From contig OZ024747.1 in assembly GCA_964016885.1 (NCBI GenBank), positions 19,034,001 to 19,098,000 on the forward strand: a DNA stretch of 64,000 nt, read 5' to 3'. The DNA is from Eledone cirrhosa (lineage: Eukaryota). The translations under genes were made by a program, and so were the position numbers. Numbering within the stretch: the first letter of the stretch is position 1; the number at the start of each line of letters is the position of its first letter. Of this stretch, positions 26,201 to 38,000 are shown piece after piece. The notes under the pieces are model-generated. The model saw nothing but the letters and a program-made list of their open reading frames with translations, ran no database searches and was not told the origin of the DNA.

Positions 26201-28246
26201 AAAGAAAAATATGTATACAAGTATTAACATTTACAAAAAGGAGCAGCTATAACATCTCATGCTTTATCATATTTAAGATGATGTTGACATAAGGCCAGCA
26301 ATTTGAATGGGAAGGGAATGTCAATTAAATCGACTGTTGCTATATTTTATCAACCCCGTAAGGATGAAAGAAAAGCTAACCATAGCATGATTTGAACCCA
26401 GAACATAAAGGGCCGTAACTATAGGCCACAAAGCATGTTGTCCGACGCCCTAGAGATATTGCCAATCCATCAATAATAATTGTTTCTACTTTTGGCACAA
26501 GGCCAGCAATTACCCAGTGCATTACTGGTACTTTATTTTATCGACCCCGTAAGGATGAAAGGCAAAGTTAACCTCGGCGGGATTTGAACTCAGAATGGCA
26601 AGGGCCGTAACTCTATGCGTCAAAGCATGGCGTCCGACCCTCTACCGATACTGCCAATCCAATAGTTTCTGATTAAGACACAAGGCCAACAATTTTGTGG
26701 GAGTTGAAAGTCAATTAAATCGACCCAGTGTGTTACTGCTGCTTATTTTACCAACCCCATAAGGATGAAAGGCAAAGCTAATCTCAGCGGGATTTGAATT
26801 CAGAACATAAAGAGTTACGGCCCTTTATGTTGTGTTCAAATAATAACTGTTTCTACTTTAGGCACAAGGCCAACAATTACTCAGTGCATTACTGGTACTT
26901 TATTTTATCAACCCCGTAAGGATGAAAGGCAAAGTCAACCTCGGCGGGATTTGAACTCAGATCGTAAAGGGACGTAACTATGCTGGAAAGCATGGTGTCC
27001 GACCCTCTACCGATACTGCCAATCCACAAATAATAACAATAATAGTTTCTAATTTTTAGGCACAAGTTCAAATAATAATAATAATAATAATAACAATAAT
27101 AATCACTTACAGAATATGTCCCCAGGCTATGAAAGCAAGAAGCAAGCTGTAATGATTTCCGTAACTGAAACAAACACAAAAAGAAATTCATCAGTTTGAT
27201 ATTTAAATTGGAATTGTACTAAAATTCAGATTAAAAATATTTTTTAAGAATAACATTTTACAAAAGGAATTACAGAAGAGTCTTTAACCCTTTTGAGATA
27301 TTGATAAAATATCACTGCCTTTTCAAGCATAAATGAACTGAAAGTATATAAAACTTTCTGTATATCATCATCATCACAATTTTTACGTTCATTTTTCCAT
27401 GCTGATGTATGCTATGCAGGATGTTTTGGGACAATCATCATCATCATTTTACGTCTGCTTTTCCCTGCTTGCAAGGGTGGAACGGGTCCTATTCAGCACA
27501 GCATCTCTCCACTTGTCATGGTCCTTCGTCATCTCCTCCATGAGCTTCAGCGATCTGAGGTCTGCTTTCACCACCTCCGCCTGTTTTTTGTGGTCTTCCT
27601 CTACTGCGTCTTCCTTCTACTGGGATTTCTTGGCACTTCTTTACCCAGCAGTCATCCTCCATGTGCATCACATGTCCATACCATCTCAGTCTTCTCTCCT
27701 GCACACCACAACTTATCCCTCTTATACCCAGTTTCTCTCTCAACTCATCTATGCTTGGTCGTTCACGTACATTGACATTGCACATCCAATGTTTTATGAT
27801 ATGACCTTCTGTTCACATGACTCTCTCAGAGGAATTAAAAAAGACACCACTGTTCAACTAAAAACTATATAAACGGATTACTAAAGCTAACTTTCCAGGA
27901 TCACCGAAATCACCAGTAAGCATTCTTGTGGTGTGTTCATAAACAAAAGCACAAATCTTCTTTATTTTGTTGTATAATTATATATATATCATCATCATTT
28001 TACGTCCGCTTTTCCCTGCTTGCAAGGGTAGGACGGAAATATATATATACATATATATGGAAAGTTATATTTAAAATGCAAGGTGATTGAAAGGTATGTC
28101 GTATCTATTTATTTATAAGACTGTTTATATTGTATTTTGTCTGAAGATGGCATAACATATTGTTAATATGATATCCCTGAAATATATATAACGAAATAAA
28201 TATGGTTTTATAAATATAGTTTCCATTTATTTAATATCATATATAC

Positions 28247-28280
<34 letters not shown>

Positions 28281-28989
28281 ACATATATGTGTGTGTGTAT
28301 ATATATATATATATGTGTGTTTGTGCATATATACATATAAACTGAAACACTGACTCCAACTCACAAGATGGCTAGGAGGGAGCAACAAACATTAATTTTA
28401 AAAAAATGATATTTTTTTTAAATAAGTAATTATAAGTGAAATACTTACTTGCATTTTTTCTGACATGTTACTCTGGGAGTTTTGTAAATTATTCACAGCA
28501 TCTTGGAATAAACCCTAATTGAAAAAATTGCAAGTAAAAAATCTAAATAACAACAATACTCATTTCTAATTTAGACACAAGGTCAACAATTTGAAATAAA
28601 GAAGGAGAAAGTTGATTAACTTGACCCTAGTATTTGACTGGTACTTAAAATGATGACAATGATGCTAGTTATGAAAAGTTCTACATAGATGTTATCTTCT
28701 TTCTTTATACATCCTTGTTATTGCATATCTATGTTAAAACTATATACAAAATAATATTGAAAAAGGAAAACAAAAAATGTGACAACAAAAAGAAAAACTC
28801 ATGACAAGAGAATAAAGCAGAAAGAAGTACAAATAAATATTTGTTTACCTGATAAATAAACATATCTATTTGAAAATGACCCATCCAAGTCCATGTATCA
28901 GACTGCCAGTTCTGACAAAGCTTTCTAAAACCTATATTAGCAGAAAATCACATATATATACAGATGCACATACAAACACACACTACAAA

Positions 28990-29053
<64 letters not shown>

Positions 29054-32000
29054 ATATATTAATTAAAAGGTTATTAGTCTCTAATACTTAAACATCTCAA
29101 TGAATGGATGAAATATATAGATAAAATATCACTTAGAGAAGCAATTTTACATATTAAACTTAAGCCAAAAAACTCTATTTAGGGGAGTATAAGTCAGAGA
29201 GATTAACATATTTTAGTCTGTCTGACTTATACTTTCCTATATATATATAAATGTCCCAAATGTTAGGTGGCCATTTTTGTTACATTTCTATTCACTTTAT
29301 ATACCACATGACGATTGTATTCTTTTCAATTTCCTCCGTAAAATTAACAGTGTATACATCAGAATTTTACAATATACTGCGGAATACAGAATATGTAGTT
29401 GCAGGATGTATGTGGTGCTACTGAAAATCAAGCGATAGTTAAGTCACCAAGAGGTCGTATTTATTTAATTTATTCCATTTAAACAGGTTTTTTCTCCCTG
29501 TTTCTTCTAGCATACATTTTTATCGTTTGTTCAACTAAAGAAATTCTAGCATTTATAATTTGTTTTTAATTAAAAGCATCCCAACCCTCATGTAGCCGTT
29601 TTCCCACTCTCCAGCACCACCTGAACACTATGATGACAAATGTGCCCCCCTCCCCTTCTGCTGAGAAGCTTTTCTGTATGGGAGTAGGTGATACATATAT
29701 ATGCAAGCGTGGAAGATGGACGTTAAACGATGATGATGATGAACTCTATGTGGGGAGAGTTGTATGCTCTCGTAATATATACGTGAATATATACATGCAC
29801 ATTCCCCTTCCAATCCACCCACACAATATAGTAAATGCTATACCCACTACATCAGAGATCAATAAGAGGCCCATGAAAAGTATGACAGACCTAACAACTA
29901 GAGGTGTCTCTAGCTGTTGCTGATGTTGGAGGAAACCACAGGCGTCTGAGCAATTACACAATACAGTAAATGAAAGACCTCAACATGTGTGTATATCCCC
30001 CGACTATCTCCAAGCAGTTGTGCAGTCATCCTACCCTTTAGGCCCATGAAAACAGCAAGACATCTGATCATGATCATCAAATGCAGAACTTAAGATTTGC
30101 CACTATCAATGTTAGCACAATGAAAGATAGGTGTGGCGATATTGTGTAGATGCTAGTGAGGAGACAAGACTTTTTGAGACAATGCTTTGCAGCTGGATGC
30201 CCTTCCTGACAATAACCATTTTAGTGGCTTCTTACAACATGCAGGGATAGTGTTTTTCTTTTAAACCAGATACACATAAAGCCAATTTCTCTTCACCAGA
30301 TATGCATAAAATCAATTTCTCTTCACCTACCTCTCTGTAAAATTTCATTTGTTTGGAGCAATTCGTAACATTTGTGAGCAATCATGAAATGATCGATGAT
30401 CATTTGTGAATCTGGAATTTCAGCACTAGCTGTAACATGAGGGGAAGAAGAAGTCTGAATATCCGGTCGAAGCTTCTTTACTTTTGTTCTTTGGAAAATA
30501 AAACAAAAAAAATATTTTAAAATTCTTAATTAATTGAGGTAGTTAGAGTATGTGATAGAATATTAAAACTTAGGTTTGTTATGGAAAATACAATGAATAG
30601 CTCTACCTATACACCACAATCGAGACTGGACAAGCTGGAGATGGAAGGTATGTTAACTAAAAGACTCCTCAGTTAAATAGAGGTTCAAAGACACTCTTTG
30701 TGATGCATATAATACAGAAGAGGAGATTGATATCTATGACACTGAGGGCAACTGAAAGTTTCTCCATTACTTCACCCTGGAAGGATGAAAGGCAAAGTTC
30801 ATCATGACAGGATTTGAACTCAGAGTGTTAAAAGCTGGAATAAATATGACAAGATATTTTGACCAATGTTCTAACAATTTTGCCAATGACAAATAAATAA
30901 AGAAATAGAAATTATCAATACAATGTTTAAAATATATTAAGAAACCATAAGATAGACTTACTCAGAATTTGACCGTTCTGTTTTAATTCCTTCTAGAAGA
31001 ACAAGGGGTGCTGGAAGACCATTGACAGAACCTGCAATAAATAACAGTGATTTCTCTGTATAATGAATAATTAAATCTATCATTACCATATTTCTAATGA
31101 AAGGCACTACCTATGATTTTCAAATAATATTTTTAAATAATCAAGAATTTGGAGGGATTTAGTAAAATAATTAACTTTTTCATTGAGGTTGGTGACTGGA
31201 GCATATATCAACAGAAGTTCTCACAATAATTATGATGGAAAGTTCTAATATAAATATGAATTCTTTACAATTGTATTGTAGGACTAGTGACAGCTTCCGG
31301 TAGTTTGATATCAAAAGGATTGTTAATACAGCTCTAAGATATTGTTGTTTTTGTTGAGTTGCTCCAGTCAGTCCATTTTTATACCGACAGCTATCACATT
31401 GAGATAACTAAATGTATGTATATAGAAGAGCCATGCTTCTGACTAGTGGTTAAAGGAGAAAGGGTCAGGTCCACACTCTATGATGCTGTATTTGGTTATG
31501 CATGAGAAGCAAATGATGTAATTTAGACAAGTAAGCATAGTAAATTATTGTAAATAAACTTTCTTAAAGATTCTAATTGTATTTTCAACTTCTTTTTCCT
31601 AGATATACATATATATATAAGTTGTATTTTACCTGATGCAAATATCTCAGCATCGACACAACTGATATATGAATAGAGACAATTAAAAAAAACAACTGCA
31701 GTCATGTATAATATCTGATGGTAGCTGCTTTCTTGACTATTCTGTCCTGCTCTTGTGTATAAAAGCAATATCTGCTGCCACTGGTAGTCTCTGAAAGAGT
31801 AAAGGGATGGATAGAAAAAGAATTAAAAAGCAGAAAAATTCTTTATATAAAAACATTAAATCCCTGCTCCTCTACAATCTTGCCCTACCACACAACAAAT
31901 TTTGGTTTCTGATTTAGGCACAAGGCCAACAATTTTGGGGAAAGGGTAAAGTTGATAAAATCAACTCCAGTACTTGGCTGGTACCATATTCTATCGGACC

Positions 32001-35000
32001 AAAAAGGACGAATGGTAAAGTTGACCTCGACAAGATTTAAATTCAGAATGTAGAGAGCCAGAAATACTACAATGACATGTTATCCAACACTCTACCAATT
32101 CTGTTAATTCACTACCCTTATCTACCAACCATTATATATTACTACCAAAATATTAGTTGTTTTTTGTCCAGTTTATTAGTTTCAACATCTGTTGTAGAAT
32201 ATCAAAAACAACTTAACCCTTTTATTACCACTGATAGGTAGTTAGTATATTGATTGAACAATGCTATAATCAAGTGTTCCAGTCATGACCATCCTGTTTT
32301 TTTAGAGGTATCTATGACTACATTAGCTTATGTATCTTTTCTTTACTTCAGATGGTAATGTGTGATGAGGGAAATGTGGTTGCTCTTTCTAGCAGCTCAG
32401 GCAACCACATAGAGGCTCCCTAAATACAAGTAATATAATAAATATCACTTCATTCTTTATTGATTACTAGTGAATATAATAGAAAAAAGAAAAAAAAAAC
32501 AGAAAAATATTTAATATTTGGCTTCATAAATTCATATCTCTCCCGTCTATACTAACCTGGGTTTTGAAAAAAAATCTGGATCAATATCCCATTTGAGTAA
32601 AGCTGCTATTTGCTGGATCAGCTTGAAGAGACTACCCCATGGATCAGAGACCTGACTTTCTTTCTCTTGCAAACCAACGATTAATGGATATTTTTTCATA
32701 GACTGCTTGGTTGGTGACAAAATATCTAAAGAAGAAGTAAAGAAAACTTGGATAAAAAGAATACCAAAAAAAAAAAAAACATTTAAAGGTCTACAAGAAG
32801 TGATGTCGATTTTGTGATGTTTTAAAGACAAAATAAAATACTACATTTGATTCTGATACTACCTTGGTGAAATGGGATTAAACAATATAAACATTCACTC
32901 AATTGCCCATATTGTGTACTCTCACACCACATCTTTGTCATTATCATCATCACAAAGATACATTAATTCTAAGAGCGCAGTAACTCTGAATAAAAATCTA
33001 TAGAGAGAAGCTGTGCACTCCACAAACCAGTGATGGTAACCTCTCTAAGAGACCTGCAATACCAATTAAAATTGATAGAGTGTCAGGTGATATATCAGTA
33101 GTGACCTGTCTAGAAAAGGTGAAATGATAAAATACAGTGATAGGAAGGGCATAATCATCATCATCATTTTTATGTTGACCTTTCCATGCTGGCATGTTTT
33201 GGACAAGTCTTTTTCAGGCAGTGTTTTACAGATGGATGCTCTTCCTGTGTAGTTTGAGGTTAGAGTTTTCAATGTATATGACACCACATTTGTTACTAAG
33301 TATCACCTCATGTACATGTACACATTGCTGATGTGCGCATATGTTACTGATATGTGTAGGTTAATACTTGGACAAGAATTTCCTCAGTGAGGACCCAGAG
33401 TACAATAGTTGTTGCTAGTGATGATGGTTTTTAGTTTTAGGCACAATACTAGCATTTGGAGGGGAAGTGAAAGTCGATTAAATCAACCCCAATACTTCAC
33501 TGGTACTTTATTTTATCGACATTGGAAAGATGAAAGGCAAAGTTGACCTTGGCAGGATTTGAATTCAGAATGTAAAGTGCTGGAAGAAATATAGCAAAGC
33601 ATTTTGTTCTATGCTCTAGCAATTCTAGCAGCAAATATGAATTTTTTTAAATATGCTTCTCACCTGATGATGATGGAGTTGAACTACATTCTGATGGGTT
33701 TGGTGGTTGTGTAACATATGAAATATTAAACTGTATAGCTTTTTGCATCCATTTATACAAATCTACTGAGGGGAAAGTTACACAACATTTCTGGAGAACC
33801 AATGGTAACACATCGCATACTGTAAAGAAGAAAACAAAAAAGAAAACAATTAGACTGATGTGTCTTTCCTTTTTTTTAGATGGCATTGTATTACTTGAGG
33901 GCAATTTGGCTGCTATTTCTAATAGGTTAAGTGACCATACAGAAATGCATTTTATCGTGGCACTGTCACTACTACCTGATATGGCACAAGCACTACCACT
34001 TTACAGAATGAGTTGGGTGTATTTATTGTGGCACCAACAATACCAATTTACTGTGTGAGCTCGGTGCATTTTATTGTGACAATAAATGTAATTCTATTTT
34101 ATATGAATGATTTAATATGGTAAACACACTCATGAATTATTCATTGCCACTTACATTTATAGTAGAGAGCTGAAGCTCTCCCATAGTGCTTCTTTACAGC
34201 CAAACTGACTGAGCCATTAAAAAATTTAATATTTTACATATAATCACCAGATACCAAGAGTAATAAGATTTAAACTGTAGACCCTTTCAACTGTCACAGC
34301 AACAAACAACCTATAGACTCAGTTAAAAGATTAACATTAGGAAAGTCAAATCAGAGCTATAACAAAAATTTATTTGCAAACATCTAAATTCAGAGATCCA
34401 TCAAACCTTGCATTCTCACATGGAGGAAATATCAGATAAAAAAGAGTGGAATGAATTTATGTTGATTTCTAGTTTAGGTACAAGACCAGTAAATTTGGAG
34501 AAGGGCAAAGTTGATTAAATCAACCTAAGTATTTAACTAGTACTATATTTTATTGACTAAGGGAGGATGAAAAGCAAAGCTGACTTTGACAGGATTTGAA
34601 CTCAGCATGGAAAAAGCCAGAACAAATACTGCAATGGCATTTTATTTGACACTCAACCAATTCTGCTAATCTGCTGCCCGACAGTGTGGGTATAACTATT
34701 AACAAAAACAACACCAAAATAACAAAGACAACGTTTAATAAAACATAACTTACCTAATAATTTCCTGTAACAATTGACAGGTGAGTGAACATTAGAGAGT
34801 GATTCTGACAAGATCAAAGTTTCTATTAATGTCAACTGTAGATTAAAAGAAAACAAAGAAAAACGGGACAGATGTTTCAATTTCTGAGATCAGTAGTTAA
34901 AGTCTAACACTAACAGTAGCAATGATACCAAAATACCTCGAACCTTTAATATTTTTCCTACACCTAAAGATATGGCAGTGTAGTTAAGAAGTTTGCTTCA

Positions 35001-38000
35001 CATCTGAGAGTTTTCAGGTTTAATTACACTATGTGGCACTTTGGGCAACTGTCTTCCATATAGCCTCAAGTTAAGCAATGTTTTGTGAGAGAAATTTGAT
35101 AGATGGAAACAGTGCAGAAAACCATTGTATACATACATTCCATCCATATAAAGTACATATATCTACAATAAAAAGGGCAGTAAAAAAAAAAAACAACACT
35201 TCACATCCTGATGATGAGACTGTGGAAGTTTAGAAATGTTGGTTATGGATTTAGGATTGTTGTTGTTACAAAAGAGCTGCCATGGATATGTAAGGAAATA
35301 TGAGAAAAGCCTGATAAAAAGTTAAACTTAAAAATAGTTGTACTTTTTAAAACATGCCTAAAAGAAAGGCTATTTCCCATACACACATACATATGCTCAC
35401 AAACGTACATATATACATATAACACACACATACATGAAGTATTAGTTAGTGTCAGAAAGGCCACTGGCTGTAGAATGCTGCCTCAAGATGTATCGTTCAA
35501 CCCATGCCAGCATGGAACAAGCAGACATAACAATGATGATGATGAAAACTGGGATTTGAACTCAAAACACTAACAGCTGGAACAAACACTGTAACGCATC
35601 TTATCTGACATCTAAAGATTTTATCACTTGACCACCCTGGGTTGGTACATTGTTCATCTTTAATCAATATATGTATCATCATCATTTAACATCCATTTTC
35701 CATGCTAGAAAGGGTTGGATGAGTTTTCACTGAGTGGGCCAGTACTCAAGAGGAGCTAGCGACCACACTGACGAGCCAGGGGCTTGCATCATGCCCACAT
35801 GAGTTCCTGTGTTTTACAGAGTGGATTTTATTGTGGCACAAGCACTAAAGAGGTTGTCATGTCTTTGGCACACCTGAAGAGTCCTTCCAACCCTTTATTA
35901 TGCAGGGTTTCTACAGCTGAAGGCCCTTCCTGTCACCAATCACTATACAGAGTGCGCTGGGTGCTTTTATCATGTAGATCACCAATACCAGAAAGATTGT
36001 TGTCTCTTGAATACAAATAGAGGATCCCCTCAACCCTTTTTTGGCACGGGTTCTACAGTGGGATGTCTTTCCTATTCTGAAACACCTTACAGGGTGTAAT
36101 GGGCGCATGTTATATGTGTATGCATGTATATATATGTATGTATAAACATACACACACATCTAAGCGTGTTTATAATGAAATAAAAATATAAAATATAGAT
36201 ACCCCTTGTTCTGTGACCAGATTTGGGAATTTCCTCATAGCCAAAAGCAAAAGTCTGCATTGCTCCAGAATATCACTTATTTTCTTTGCCATACACAGCA
36301 ACATCCCACACTGAACATTTGTTGGCACAGCAGCAAATATATCTGAAAATCAAAACATTTTTATATCAATGACATAGTTGAACACAGGAAAGATATTCCA
36401 ATGCTTTACAATAATGTTTTTCTTCTTTTTAACTATTTCATTACCATACCTCTAATGAAATACACAGCATATGATTTAAATAATTTTGAAAATAATCAAG
36501 AATTTGGAAAGTCTTAGCAATATATCTAACATTCCTGTTAATAAGTTGGTGTTTGGAATAAGTTCTTAATAAAATGTAGATGGAATGTTTTTAGACAAAT
36601 ATAAAGAAGCAGTTTTGTATCATAGAACAATGGGCAATTTCAAGCAGTTTTGTATTGAAAGAGTTAAACAGAAGACTTTTTCTTATAAAAGTATGTAATG
36701 CACGTGCAATTAACATAGTTATTAAGGTAGTTTAGCTCCTGGCATGATTTGGCTGCTATTTCCAGCATGATCAGTGAACTTGTAGAAGCTCCCTTGTTGG
36801 CTCAACTGCTTCAGCTCATTTCAGAATTTCTCTTTAATTTTTTATGTGATGCAGTCATAGTGCTGTTTTGTACTTTTCAAGCACATCTCATTAATGAGGT
36901 TTCATGTAGTACTAGAGTTAAGATAGTATGTATAGCTTTGACAATATAAACAATGAGAATACCCCATCAAAAAATAAATAAATAAAAAATAAAATGGTTC
37001 TTTTTAATCCAAGTCCCTTATGATATTTGTTCTGCACTGAGTTATAGATAGTTCATTATCACCCTCACTGTGAGAAATGCAGTGAACCAGTGACTGGGCC
37101 TTAGGGAATCTTCAAGCAACAATGTTTATCATTCACAGAATACAATATAAATTATTAAATACCTGTAAGTAACTGAGACTTTGAATCAACATTGTCTGAT
37201 TGCATAGCTTCTAACATTGATTGTAATTCAGTCCAAAGCTTTGGCTCGTTGGGGAAATTTTGGAACCTGAAGTTTAAGTACAGATAAATGAGAAATAATA
37301 TACAGTTTCAATCATTATCATCAAAGTTTTTACATCTACTTTTCTATGCAGGTATGAATTGGACAAGAGATTTTGGAGGCAGTATTCTATGGCTGGATGA
37401 CATCCTCATCAATAGTTTAAATTAAGAGTTCTTTAATCACAGAAGGTGAATGATAAATGGGTGTTAGTAGCTCTTGTCCTTTACAACAACAAAAACTAAA
37501 TGGAGGATTTCTCTGGAAACTCCTAAAGAATCTTTCCTTCAAACACTTGAATGCACCACATTTAGAATATTTCTCATCCACCTGCGCAGCTTGAACATAT
37601 GCAGGAAAAATATTAGTGAGGGTCTGAATGTTTGCAAAGTAGTGAAATCTGCCAAGGACTAGGTGATGTTGTTGAATTGAGTAGTACATTAGGCATACCA
37701 ATATCATCTTCAATTACATACAAAGGTTAATGAAAATAATTTATTGAATCAGTCATATTTATGAAGTGTTGGGAAAACTTTGAATTTATGGTAGTTTAAA
37801 GTAAGCAGCATCAATGCTAGGTTTTTTTACTATAAAAAAAGAGTCAAACAAGTTGGGTATATAAGCCCCTATAGACAGAAAAAATGGATACTGTCTGGAT
37901 TTTCCATCTCTAGTTTCTTTTTTCATAGTTAAAAACAACTGTGTTGAAGCAGCATACTTTAAGCTAACATACATTCAATATACAAAGGATTTATATTTTG

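Noticed and set aside
34836-36202. INTS10 intron 4 with donor GTATCTAT as a second U12 intron
   Set aside because: The donor departs from RTATCCTT at +6/+7 and the acceptor has a normal pyrimidine tract; probably U2, though intronIC scoring would settle it.
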